A stretch of DNA of 64,000 nucleotides from Bacteroidales bacterium UBA5429 (lineage in GTDB: Bacteria; Bacteroidota; Bacteroidia; Bacteroidales; WCHB1-69): positions 7,214-71,213 of the forward strand of contig DIRT01000019.1 of NCBI GenBank assembly GCA_002427605.1, given 5' to 3'. Made by a program: the position numbers and the translations under genes. The notes below the pieces were generated by a model. It was not told where the DNA came from. It did no database searches and saw only the letters and a list, made by a program, of their open reading frames with translations. Positions within the stretch are counted from its first letter, which is position 1. The number at the start of each line of letters is the position of its first letter. Shown here in pieces: positions 1-9,759 of this stretch.

Positions 1-1
1 T

Positions 2-3000
2 TTGACAATTTATACATATAGTGCTTATGTTACTACTGACGTTGCAGGTTGTCAATCTGACATTCAATTCTCATCAGAACTTACAGTGTTTGATAATCCT
101 GTAGTTGTTATTTCTGGTGATGCTAATATTTGTGAGACAGATTCTGTGTTCTTAACTGCATTTGTTGATCATGTTTCTGATCCAGTTGGAATTCTATCTT
201 ATACCTGGTTTGAATCAGGACAAACTTTAGAAAACAGTGCTTATGGAGTTAATACTCCACACAGTCAAAACTTAGTGGATTACTTTGCTCCACGCTATGA
301 GCCTTACGTATTTACTGTTCGCGTAACCCGTGACAACGGATGTACCACATTAAGTGAGCCATTTGAACTATACGTTCATGAGTCTCCAGTAGTGAACATT
401 ACAGCGAGCGAAAATCCTGTATGTGAAACCGGTGAGGTAACCCTAACTGCGAACCTGGATGATTATAACACCGATATGATTACTTATCAGTGGTATACTG
501 AAACCTATAACACATATCCTGTTTATACCGGTCCTGATACTTTTGTAGAGGTAACCGATACAATCAAGACCCCGATCCCCGGAGCTACACAACAACAATA
601 CACTACTGTTGTAGATGAGACCAGTGCATTCTATGTACGCGTACTTCAAACCCACTCCTTGTGTGAAAAATATGACAGATTTGTAGTTGAAGTAATTCCA
701 ACACCTGTAGTAACAGAGATTATTATCTCCGATGCCACTATTTGTGAAGGTGGTGAAGTAACCATTAGTGCTGTTACAGATCCTGCCGACATCACAGGTG
801 CAATTTACACCTGGTATCAAAATGGTATCTTAATGGAGGGCATCAGTGGTGCATCGTTCACACATTCGCCACTTGCTGTAGATAATGATATTACTACTTA
901 TGAATATTCAGTATCAGTATCTGCTCCTGTAGCAGGCTGTACTTCCGATATTTTCACAGCTACAGAATTACTTACTGTTTACGGTAATCCAACCGTAGTT
1001 ATTGAAGGTAATCCATTAGTATGTGAAGATTCATTATTTACTTTGATTGCCAATATCAATGATACTATTCCCGGTACAACAGTTACTTACCAATGGAGAA
1101 GATTTAACGAAGATATCCCCGGTGCAACCGCGAGAGAGTTAACAACATCTGAGCCATTTGAATTTGGTAACACCTACATGTACACTGTAGTAGTAAACAC
1201 TGAGTATGACAATGGTACCATTGGATGTGTTCGTGAGAGTGAACCATTCTACGTAGTAGTAGGTGAGAATCCAATAGTAGAGATTATTGCGACCGACACC
1301 GTAGCTTGTGAAGGTGGTGCAATCACATTAACCGCTGTATTAGGCAATCCATACTTAGAAAACATCGCTGTAACCTGGTACAGAAATGGAGAACCGATTT
1401 ATGGTGCTCACAGCTTAACTTACACAGCGATCATTACCGAAACTTCAACTTTCTATGCAGTAGTTAGCTCTAACGGCTGTACTGCTACCACAGAAGAGAT
1501 CACCATCACTATGATTCCAACTCCAACAATTGGTGCTGTAGTAGCATACAACACTACCGGTGGTTCTGACATATGTGAAGGTGGTGAGGTAGAAGTAACT
1601 GCATACTTAGAAGGTCCAGAAGGCAATTATATTGATTCCACTGCAACCTATACCTGGTACCGCAATGGTTTCTTAATGCCATTGGTAACCGGTCCATGGT
1701 TCAGAGAGTCTCTACATGCTATTGACGGAGATACAACACACTATACTTATTCGGTGATTGTAACCTCTGAAAGTGCAAACTGTGTATCCGGCATGGGCTA
1801 CTCAAATACTGTAACAGTAATCCGCAATCCTATTGTGATTATCAACGGTAACCATGAGGTATGTCAAGCACAAGGCTATACCCCCAACGTATACTTATCC
1901 GGCTATATCAATGGTATCAGTGATCCGGACGAAACTACAATATTCAAATGGTACAAGAATGGAGTATACCAAGAGAACCCCAGCTTCCAATTGTATTACA
2001 CAGAAGTATTAGGACTCAGCTATCAAACTGTGACCTATATGTTAGAGGTGATCAATGGTAACGGTTGTTCCGCATTCAGTGAGCCATTTGAAGTATTTGT
2101 TCATCCTAACCCTGTTGTTAACATTACTACCGAAGAGAGCACAGTATGTGTAGGAGGTCAGGTGACCTTACAAGGCAACTTGAACGACTACAACGAAGAT
2201 GAGTATGTATTCCAATGGTACCGCAACGGAATTAGTGTTAACCACTTAATCCCCGGTGCTACTCAAATGACTTACACTACTCCTCCATTAACAGAAAGTG
2301 CAACATACTACTTCAGAGTAATTCAAAGAAATACAGGTTGTGTTGATTTTGATATCCAATATATTACTGTAGTTGAAGATCCAGTTATTGAAGAGGTTAC
2401 AGTATCTGCTACAGAGGTTTGTCATGGTGCAGAAGTAACTGTTAGTGCTGTAACTACTAATGTAACCGGCACTCCAATTTACACCTGGTACCGCAATGGT
2501 CAGTTGATCGAAGGTGCTACCGGTCCATCCGTAACACAAACTTTATATGCTTTAGGTGGCGATCAATCAACTTATACATATGCTGTAAGCGTAAGAACAG
2601 AGCATAGCGGCTGTGAGTCATCCTTAGCTGTAGCTCCTGTAATTACCGTAACCAATGATCCACACGTAGTGATTGCCGGCGAACCTGTTGTATGTGCAGG
2701 AGAGAACAATATAGTTCTTCATGCCAACTCAGTTCCATCAACCGGTATGAACTATCAATGGTTCTTAAATAACGTTGCTATCGACGGTGCCACTGATGCC
2801 ACTTTAGTCACCACACAACCTGCATCCACTACTCCATACATTTACAGTGTATTGGTATCTGGCGCTCCTGGTTGTGATGCGATGTCAGCTACATTTGAAG
2901 TAATAGTAAATGATGCTCCAATCGTAACTGTTACTGCTGACGCGGCACTCATTTGCGAAGGTGGTGAAGTAACCTTCACAGCTACCATCGATAACTGGAA

Positions 3001-6000
3001 CCTTGATATGTTAACTTATCAATGGTACCACAACGGAGAATTAATCCCCGGAGCAACCAACTTAACTTATACAACCACTATCAATGACGTAGCTGATCAT
3101 ACTTATTCAATCGTAGTAGATCAATTAACTTCAGGTTGTTCAGGTACTGACGCAGTTACCGTAACAGTAGTAGCTGATCCTGTGATCACTTCTGTTGAGA
3201 TCAGTGAGCCATTTATTTGTGACGGTGGTCAGGTAACCATTACTGCGAACACTGAAGGTTTGGTAGGAGAGGGCATTTACACCTGGTACCGCAATGGTGA
3301 ATTGATTGAAGGTGTGACCGGTGCTCAATTCTTAGAGTCTCCATTGTCAGTAGACGGTGATGTTACCACATATAGTTATAGTGCAGTAGTTACTTCTACC
3401 ATCAGTGGCTGTAACTCAGCAATGGTAACTTCTCCAATCTTAACTGTATATGGTAATCCAGTTGTTGGTATTTCCGGCGATGCTCATATTTGTGAAGATG
3501 AACCTGTTAACTTAATGGCATTTGTTGACCACGTATCTGATCCTGTAGGTAACTTAACATACACCTGGTTCGAGTCCGGCCAACAAAGAGACAACTTAGT
3601 TAACGGTATACCTGTAAATAGTCAAGTTTACTTAGAATATTGGTATCCAAGTGATCAACCTTACGTATTTACTGTAAGAGTAACCCGTGACAATGGTTGT
3701 ACCACATTAAGTGATCCATTCTATGTATACGTACATGAAAAACCAGTAGTTAACATTACTGCTACCGATGAAGCTGTATGTGAAGGTGGTGAAGTAACCT
3801 TAACAGCCAACTTAGATGATTACAACACTTCCAACATTACTTATCAATGGTTTACTCAAACTATTGATGCGATTGAAGTTCAAATTTCTGCAACAGAGTT
3901 TGTAACAGTATATGACACTGTAATCACAAACATTGCGGGAGCTACAACTCAAACTTATACAACCGTAGTAGATGAAACTACCGTATATGGAGTGTTGGTA
4001 AATCAAACCATTTCCGGTTGTACAGCAACAGATTTGGTAACAATAACTGCTACCACTGTTCCCGTAGTAACTGAGATTTTAATAACGCCAAGTGCTGAGA
4101 TTTGTGACGGTGGTCAAGTTACCTTGACAGCTGTAACCGAGGGTGGTGTAGTAGGAGGTGAAGTTTACACCTGGTACCGCAATGGTATAATCATTCCAGG
4201 GGCTAACACTGCAACTATTATAGAATCTCCTCTTGCTGTAGATGGTGACTTAACCCTTTACAACTATACAGTACAAGTAACTCAAACTGCATCAGGATGT
4301 ACATCATTGATATCCGATCCTGCTGTAGTTACTGTTTATCCCACACCAACAGTACAAGTTGCTGTGAACGGTAACACCACTATCTGTGAAGGTGGAACAG
4401 TAGAGTTAATCGCTAATGTTAACCCAACCAATACCAATACTACTTACCAATGGTTTGTTGACAACGTATTGATTCCCGGAGCTACAGATCAAACATACAT
4501 TATTACAGATGCTGTAGCCAGAGAGACAGATTATATCTATACTGTACAAGTAACTCAATATATTGGTTGTAACGTAACTTCAGCTCCTGTGGCTATCACT
4601 GTAGTAGCAGATCCTGAGGTTGTTGTTACTATAGATGATCCAGTAATTTGTGTAGGTGGTACAACCACATTATATGCTAACGTAACCAATGGAGTAAGCG
4701 GTGTTAACGGCTTAGGCAACTATACTTACAACTGGTATAGCACTAACTCTCCAGAGACTTCTTTAGGTACTGCTCCAACGTTGGTAGTAACCGGTACAAC
4801 CGAACAAACTACTACTTACTGGGTAGAAGTTACCTCTCCATACGGTTGTAACACTACCGCGTATTACTACAACTTCGAAGTTATCGCAGATCCAACAGTA
4901 ACTGTTGCAGTAGCTGCAGGTTATAGCGAAGAGGTTTGTGAAGGAGGTCAAACGATGTTAGCAGCTTATGTACAAGGTGGTTTGGGTACTCCAAGTTACC
5001 AATGGTACAAGAATGGTAACTTATTACCCGGTGAAACCAATGCAACGATCATGACCGATCCATTGTATAGTAGTGTAACTGCAACTTATTCAGTGAACGT
5101 AGTGATGAGCACAGTAGGTTGTGATGCAACTAACAATTTCGAAGCTCATACTATTGTAGTTCCTGCACCTGTTGTAGATATTACCGGTAACACCAATACT
5201 TGTCCCGGTGGTACCGTAACCTTAACTGCTGTTGTTAGTGGAGGCGTTGCCAATGATAACTATAGTTACCAATGGTATAGAGTATCCAATGGTATATCTA
5301 CAGCTATTAATGGAGCTACTACTTCAGTTTACACCACCTCTCCATTGTTGTTAGGTGACAGTTATGAGTATTATGTAACCATTAACAGCTTTGTATCGGG
5401 ATGTTCAGCCTCATCAGGTACCGTAGAAGCTAATGTTGTACCTGAGCCTACAGTATCTATTACCGGAGCTAACGCTGTATGTGAAGGTGGTGTGTTAACC
5501 TTGACAGCTTTGGTACAAGGTGGTATCCAACCTGTAAATTACACTTACACCTGGACTTACCAACAAGGAACTAACAGTGGTTCATATCAAACAACCACTC
5601 CTGTATTCCAGTTGCCAGCTACTTTACCAGCCAATGATGCTGCATCACCATACGTATTCAATGTATCAGTGATGAGTGACAACTTCCATTGTGACGCTGT
5701 ATCAGCATCTCACATTGTGAATATCTACGCGGTTCCATCAGTAACTATTACTTTGGATCACAGTGTAGTATGTAGTGGTGGATCAGTTACTGCAACTGCT
5801 CACGTAACTCCTGTAGGTACCTACAACTATGTATGGACTGTAAACGGTACTGTTCAAGGTATCAATGCAGCCACATTGACAATGAATAACTTACCTATTG
5901 GTAATAATGATATCAGTGTAGCTGTTACTCCAAATAATGCAGATGCTGCTTGTCATGGATCAGCCAATGCAGTTGTAACTGTTGTTGCAGATCCTGTAGT

Positions 6001-7933
6001 AACCATCACTTCTGATGTAACCACATTATGTGCAGGAGGTACTGTTAACTTAAGTGTTCAAAACATCACATTAGACAGTGGTATTCCAGCCGGCTCATAC
6101 ACTTATGAGTGGCGTGTAAATGGTGTATTGATACCAAACGTAATTGGTAATGCTTTGAGTCAAACATTGACTATTCCAGGTACTTATGTATATGCATTGA
6201 GAGTGATTATGAATAACGGTTTAGACTGTGGTTCAGACTGGTCTAACGAGATCGTTGTGACAGTAGCACCTCAACCTGTTGTTACTATCAATCCTGCCGG
6301 ATTAGGTATCTTAGATCTTTGTGTAGGTGGTGAAGTTACACTCAGTGCAACAGTAACCAACAGTAATTCTGCACATGGTACTTATACTTATACCTGGTAC
6401 TCAAATAATACTAATACCGGTGTATCTACCAATCCATATAACCAAACATTAAATGAAGTAGGAACTTACAACTACTACGTGGTTGTAGACGCTTCCGGTA
6501 GCGCATGTGCTCCAGTAGCTTCTAATGTGATTACTTACAACGTTGTTGCTGATCCAACCTGGACTGCAATCTCAGTACTATATCCTGAAATCTGTGTAGG
6601 TGAAACTGTTCAACTTAACGCAGGTGTTCAAGGTGGTGTACAAGATGGTTCCGGTAACACCAACGGAGTAATCCACTGGACAGTATGGGCAGAGGGTGGT
6701 GATGCAGAAATTGTTGATGGTGGTATAGGAGGCACATCATTTGATACTCCTGATGCTGCAGGTCAATATTATTACCAACCAACCTATATTGGTCAATTGG
6801 GAAGCGGATGTAATATTGAGGTTAATCCTGTTACACCTGTTGTTGTACATGAAAGACCAACTATTCATTTTGCAGACGGTGACGGTACTGTAATTTGTGG
6901 CAACGATCCTAACTCCTTTGCAACTGTAGTTGTAGAGTTGACAGGAACTGCTCCATTTACATTCACCTTAACCGGTTCTAACGGTTATTCAGAAATGTTC
7001 ACAACTTCATTGAATACCTTCCCAATCTACTTGAATCCATTCTTCACCGGATCTTACACCATCACTCATTTACATGATGCGAACTGTGACGCAGTTGATT
7101 ATCCTGCTCCAATAACTGTTATTGTATCGCATATTGATGTGTTAGACTTGGTAGCAGAGACTTGCGGTGAGACTGAAGATGGTTCTTTACCAACAGTTCA
7201 AATTGATGTTAATATTGCAGCAACCTCTCCAGGTATTGCTCCAATTGCATTCATTACATATCTGACTGATCCTGCAATGAATACACAATCTCCTATCTAT
7301 TATACTGGTTCTAGAACTTATATTGAGTTCATTACACCTACTGTTCCTGGTGACTACCCAATCATCATTACTATTGATGGTTGTGATTACCATGCAACTG
7401 TAAGAGTGTTGATCGGACAATACAACTTAGGCGGAACTGATGCGTTGATGCAACAAAGATGGGATGATGTGGTGGTTGTAAACAACAATCCTGAAACCAA
7501 CGGTGGTTATACCTTTGTAACTTATCAATGGTACAAGGATGGCGTTGAGATCCCCGGAGCTACACATCAATATTACCAAGAGCTTGGTGGTTTGAATGGA
7601 TTCTACTCAGTTAAATTGACTGCCGAGACCGAAGATGGTTTGGTAGAGTTCAAGACTTGTGAGCAATTCTTCGTATCTCAAAATTTAACTAAGATTTATC
7701 CTGTACCTGCGAATGTTGAAGAGACTGTAACTATTGAAGTGAATTTAACTGCAGAAGAGTTAGAAGGTGCTGTATTAGACATCTTCGATGCTAAGGGAGC
7801 ATTGGTAAGACAACTTCCTGTTGAAGATATCATCATCAGAGTAGATGGCTTCCAAACTCCAGGTGCATACTTCGGACGCATTACTACAGGTACTAATGAA
7901 ATTAAGACTGTTAAATTCGTAATTGTTAAATAA
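2..7933 (+). CDS. Giant Ig-like repeat cell-surface protein with C-terminal T9SS sorting domain (5' end outside window)
   Basis: Open frame from the window edge. About 90-100 aa modules (C-E-G-G-x-V-T-L...Y-x-W-Y-x-N-G...G-A-T...Y-x-V...G-C), Thr/Val-rich. C-terminus KIYPVP...DIFDAKGALV...PGAYF...KTVKFVIVK resembles a type A T9SS CTD. Confidence 0.85.
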   Translation: MTIYTYSAYVTTDVAGCQSDIQFSSELTVFDNPVVVISGDANICETDSVFLTAFVDHVSDPVGILSYTWFESGQTLENSAYGVNTPHSQNLVDYFAPRYEPYVFTVRVTRDNGCTTLSEPFELYVHESPVVNITASENPVCETGEVTLTANLDDYNTDMITYQWYTETYNTYPVYTGPDTFVEVTDTIKTPIPGATQQQYTTVVDETSAFYVRVLQTHSLCEKYDRFVVEVIPTPVVTEIIISDATICEGGEVTISAVTDPADITGAIYTWYQNGILMEGISGASFTHSPLAVDNDITTYEYSVSVSAPVAGCTSDIFTATELLTVYGNPTVVIEGNPLVCEDSLFTLIANINDTIPGTTVTYQWRRFNEDIPGATARELTTSEPFEFGNTYMYTVVVNTEYDNGTIGCVRESEPFYVVVGENPIVEIIATDTVACEGGAITLTAVLGNPYLENIAVTWYRNGEPIYGAHSLTYTAIITETSTFYAVVSSNGCTATTEEITITMIPTPTIGAVVAYNTTGGSDICEGGEVEVTAYLEGPEGNYIDSTATYTWYRNGFLMPLVTGPWFRESLHAIDGDTTHYTYSVIVTSESANCVSGMGYSNTVTVIRNPIVIINGNHEVCQAQGYTPNVYLSGYINGISDPDETTIFKWYKNGVYQENPSFQLYYTEVLGLSYQTVTYMLEVINGNGCSAFSEPFEVFVHPNPVVNITTEESTVCVGGQVTLQGNLNDYNEDEYVFQWYRNGISVNHLIPGATQMTYTTPPLTESATYYFRVIQRNTGCVDFDIQYITVVEDPVIEEVTVSATEVCHGAEVTVSAVTTNVTGTPIYTWYRNGQLIEGATGPSVTQTLYALGGDQSTYTYAVSVRTEHSGCESSLAVAPVITVTNDPHVVIAGEPVVCAGENNIVLHANSVPSTGMNYQWFLNNVAIDGATDATLVTTQPASTTPYIYSVLVSGAPGCDAMSATFEVIVNDAPIVTVTADAALICEGGEVTFTATIDNWNLDMLTYQWYHNGELIPGATNLTYTTTINDVADHTYSIVVDQLTSGCSGTDAVTVTVVADPVITSVEISEPFICDGGQVTITANTEGLVGEGIYTWYRNGELIEGVTGAQFLESPLSVDGDVTTYSYSAVVTSTISGCNSAMVTSPILTVYGNPVVGISGDAHICEDEPVNLMAFVDHVSDPVGNLTYTWFESGQQRDNLVNGIPVNSQVYLEYWYPSDQPYVFTVRVTRDNGCTTLSDPFYVYVHEKPVVNITATDEAVCEGGEVTLTANLDDYNTSNITYQWFTQTIDAIEVQISATEFVTVYDTVITNIAGATTQTYTTVVDETTVYGVLVNQTISGCTATDLVTITATTVPVVTEILITPSAEICDGGQVTLTAVTEGGVVGGEVYTWYRNGIIIPGANTATIIESPLAVDGDLTLYNYTVQVTQTASGCTSLISDPAVVTVYPTPTVQVAVNGNTTICEGGTVELIANVNPTNTNTTYQWFVDNVLIPGATDQTYIITDAVARETDYIYTVQVTQYIGCNVTSAPVAITVVADPEVVVTIDDPVICVGGTTTLYANVTNGVSGVNGLGNYTYNWYSTNSPETSLGTAPTLVVTGTTEQTTTYWVEVTSPYGCNTTAYYYNFEVIADPTVTVAVAAGYSEEVCEGGQTMLAAYVQGGLGTPSYQWYKNGNLLPGETNATIMTDPLYSSVTATYSVNVVMSTVGCDATNNFEAHTIVVPAPVVDITGNTNTCPGGTVTLTAVVSGGVANDNYSYQWYRVSNGISTAINGATTSVYTTSPLLLGDSYEYYVTINSFVSGCSASSGTVEANVVPEPTVSITGANAVCEGGVLTLTALVQGGIQPVNYTYTWTYQQGTNSGSYQTTTPVFQLPATLPANDAASPYVFNVSVMSDNFHCDAVSASHIVNIYAVPSVTITLDHSVVCSGGSVTATAHVTPVGTYNYVWTVNGTVQGINAATLTMNNLPIGNNDISVAVTPNNADAACHGSANAVVTVVADPVVTITSDVTTLCAGGTVNLSVQNITLDSGIPAGSYTYEWRVNGVLIPNVIGNALSQTLTIPGTYVYALRVIMNNGLDCGSDWSNEIVVTVAPQPVVTINPAGLGILDLCVGGEVTLSATVTNSNSAHGTYTYTWYSNNTNTGVSTNPYNQTLNEVGTYNYYVVVDASGSACAPVASNVITYNVVADPTWTAISVLYPEICVGETVQLNAGVQGGVQDGSGNTNGVIHWTVWAEGGDAEIVDGGIGGTSFDTPDAAGQYYYQPTYIGQLGSGCNIEVNPVTPVVVHERPTIHFADGDGTVICGNDPNSFATVVVELTGTAPFTFTLTGSNGYSEMFTTSLNTFPIYLNPFFTGSYTITHLHDANCDAVDYPAPITVIVSHIDVLDLVAETCGETEDGSLPTVQIDVNIAATSPGIAPIAFITYLTDPAMNTQSPIYYTGSRTYIEFITPTVPGDYPIIITIDGCDYHATVRVLIGQYNLGGTDALMQQRWDDVVVVNNNPETNGGYTFVTYQWYKDGVEIPGATHQYYQELGGLNGFYSVKLTAETEDGLVEFKTCEQFFVSQNLTKIYPVPANVEETVTIEVNLTAEELEGAVLDIFDAKGALVRQLPVEDIIIRVDGFQTPGAYFGRITTGTNEIKTVKFVIVK

Positions 7934-7944
7934 GTTTATTACTA

Positions 7945-7968
7945 GTGAGTGGTGGGAACACCACTCAC
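7945..7968 (+). terminator. Intergenic stem-loop (partial terminator or mRNA stabiliser)
   Basis: Perfect 10-bp stem GTGAGTGGTG/CACCACTCAC with GGAA loop; no clear U-tract. Confidence 0.55.
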
Positions 7969-8013
7969 GGTATTAATAAAATATAGTAATTGAAAATAAA
8001 AAAAATATAAATT

Positions 8014-9492
8014 ATGAAAAAGCAACTATTATTATTCAGTCTTCTTTTCACTTTGTTGCTCTCCTATTCGCAAGAGGTAGCTGAGCCAGCGCCTGTTGAT
8101 ACGACTCAACAAACTGAAGAAGCAGCATTTTGTCCTCATAGAATTTCAACCAAGATAGCGATTGGACCGACCAACAACGTTTATAGGAGAATGCCAACGA
8201 TGGATCATAAATATTCCTATAGTTACGCTGTTGAAGCCGGTTACACCTATTTTTTCAATGAGAACTGGGGACTTGGCATTGGTTTGGGTTTACATCACAT
8301 TCTTGCCAAAGGTCTTCTTAACATCAATGGTTCCACTATGGTTTTAGAACCAGGCTATTATGTTGAAGATCCTTACAGAGAGTATGAGATGTTTTTCCGC
8401 ACTACTGGCTTTATTGAAAAACAATCTATTTGGGCTTTAGAGGTTCCCTTGACAGCTCAATATGAGTATCGTTTTGGCAGCAAGCGTAATGGTATTTATG
8501 CCGGCTTAGGCTTAAAAGGTTATTTTCCATTCAAAGCTAAGACTAATTTTAACACAGATCAAGGAAGTGTAACTTTAACCGGAAGAGAAGAGCAGATCAA
8601 TGTGGACTGGGGTACTGATTTAGTGGGTCACTTTGGTGAATTTCCTGTTACTGCCAAATCATCGAGAGCAAAGATGAGAGCATCTTTGGATATTCAGGCA
8701 GACTTTGGTGGAATCTTCGGATTATCCCGTCGTACCGATTTTTACATTGGCGCGTACCTATCTTATGGCTTCTTAAACATTTTACCTAAAGAGGGTAAAG
8801 ATTATGTTTCATTAAATGATGGAAGTTTACAGTTGAACGGCGCCGTTGCTTCAAACCAACTTCAACAGTACAATGCGTATCACAGCAAACAGATTTCTGA
8901 GAAATGGCATCTGTTCCAATTTGGAGTTAAGACCGGTTTCCACTTCAAACCTTGTACCGGTTTTGGTGCAGGTCCTGAGTATGAACGTGATCTAAAGAGA
9001 CGTTACATGGATGAGATGGCAAAGAAAGCCAATGATCCGATTATTATCAAAACTACTGAGTATGTTTATGTAGTTCCTGTAACTCCTGCCAACTTAGAGG
9101 ATGAAGATCAAGTAACTCAAGACAACATCAGAGAATTGGCAGAAGCTTTATCCAAGACCAAGATTTTGTTTGACTTAGACAAAGATATTCCAAAGATTAC
9201 CGATTATAACGACAACATCAGAAGAACTGTTGAGATTTTGAAGAAAGACAGATCATTAGGATTGATTGTTGAGGGTTATACATGTGATTTAGGTGCAGAA
9301 GCACACAACAGAGACTTAGCACAACGCAGAGCTATTGCAATCAGAAAAATGTTTATTGATCAAGGTGTATATCCTGAGCAAATTTCTATTGCTGCATACA
9401 CTGCCAATGATCCAGAGAATAAGATGAATATTCCAGATCCAAGCAGAGAAGAGCACAGAGCTGCGATTTTTAGAATTATCAAAAACAGATAA
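8014..9492 (+). CDS. Outer-membrane beta-barrel protein with C-terminal OmpA-like peptidoglycan-binding domain
   Basis: Signal peptide (SYS|Q), amphipathic strands ending FGVKTGFHF, OmpA_C motifs EGYTCDLG...HNRDLAQRRA. Confidence 0.85.
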   Translation: MKKQLLLFSLLFTLLLSYSQEVAEPAPVDTTQQTEEAAFCPHRISTKIAIGPTNNVYRRMPTMDHKYSYSYAVEAGYTYFFNENWGLGIGLGLHHILAKGLLNINGSTMVLEPGYYVEDPYREYEMFFRTTGFIEKQSIWALEVPLTAQYEYRFGSKRNGIYAGLGLKGYFPFKAKTNFNTDQGSVTLTGREEQINVDWGTDLVGHFGEFPVTAKSSRAKMRASLDIQADFGGIFGLSRRTDFYIGAYLSYGFLNILPKEGKDYVSLNDGSLQLNGAVASNQLQQYNAYHSKQISEKWHLFQFGVKTGFHFKPCTGFGAGPEYERDLKRRYMDEMAKKANDPIIIKTTEYVYVVPVTPANLEDEDQVTQDNIRELAEALSKTKILFDLDKDIPKITDYNDNIRRTVEILKKDRSLGLIVEGYTCDLGAEAHNRDLAQRRAIAIRKMFIDQGVYPEQISIAAYTANDPENKMNIPDPSREEHRAAIFRIIKNR

Positions 9493-9516
9493 TTACACAG
9501 ACTGAATATAAAATTG

Positions 9517-9548
9517 AAAGGGGTTTCTCGAGAGGGGAACCCTTTTTT
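9517..9548 (+). terminator. Intrinsic terminator
   Basis: AAAGGGGTTTCTC-GAGA-GGGGAACCCTTTTTT directly after the OmpA-domain gene. Confidence 0.75.
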
Positions 9549-9549
9549 G

Positions 9550-9759
9550 AAGGAAGAAGGTAGAAGGTAGAAGGTAGAAGGATGATGAAGGCGGAGGGCG
9601 GAAGGCGGAAGTCGGAAGTATTTTAAATTTAGAATGGATTCAAACACTTTAAGATTTCAGAGTGGGGAAATGGAATAACAAAAGAGGGACACCTATGCTG
9701 CCCCCCTTTTTTTTTATTTCAAAATAAGAAAGAAATAAGAAATACGAAGTAAGAAGTAA
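9550..9759 (+). repeat. Composite intergenic element A (heptamer arrays + 48-bp core motif)
   Basis: (AGAAGGT)3, (GGAAGGC)-like x3, AGAGTGGGG-N30-CTGCCCCCC at 9659-9706, then AAGAAAT/AAGAAGT heptamers. Confidence 0.85.

Noticed and set aside
2-7933. Diversity-generating retroelement target in the giant gene
   Set aside because: No reverse transcriptase in the window and repeat differences are not adenine-specific.
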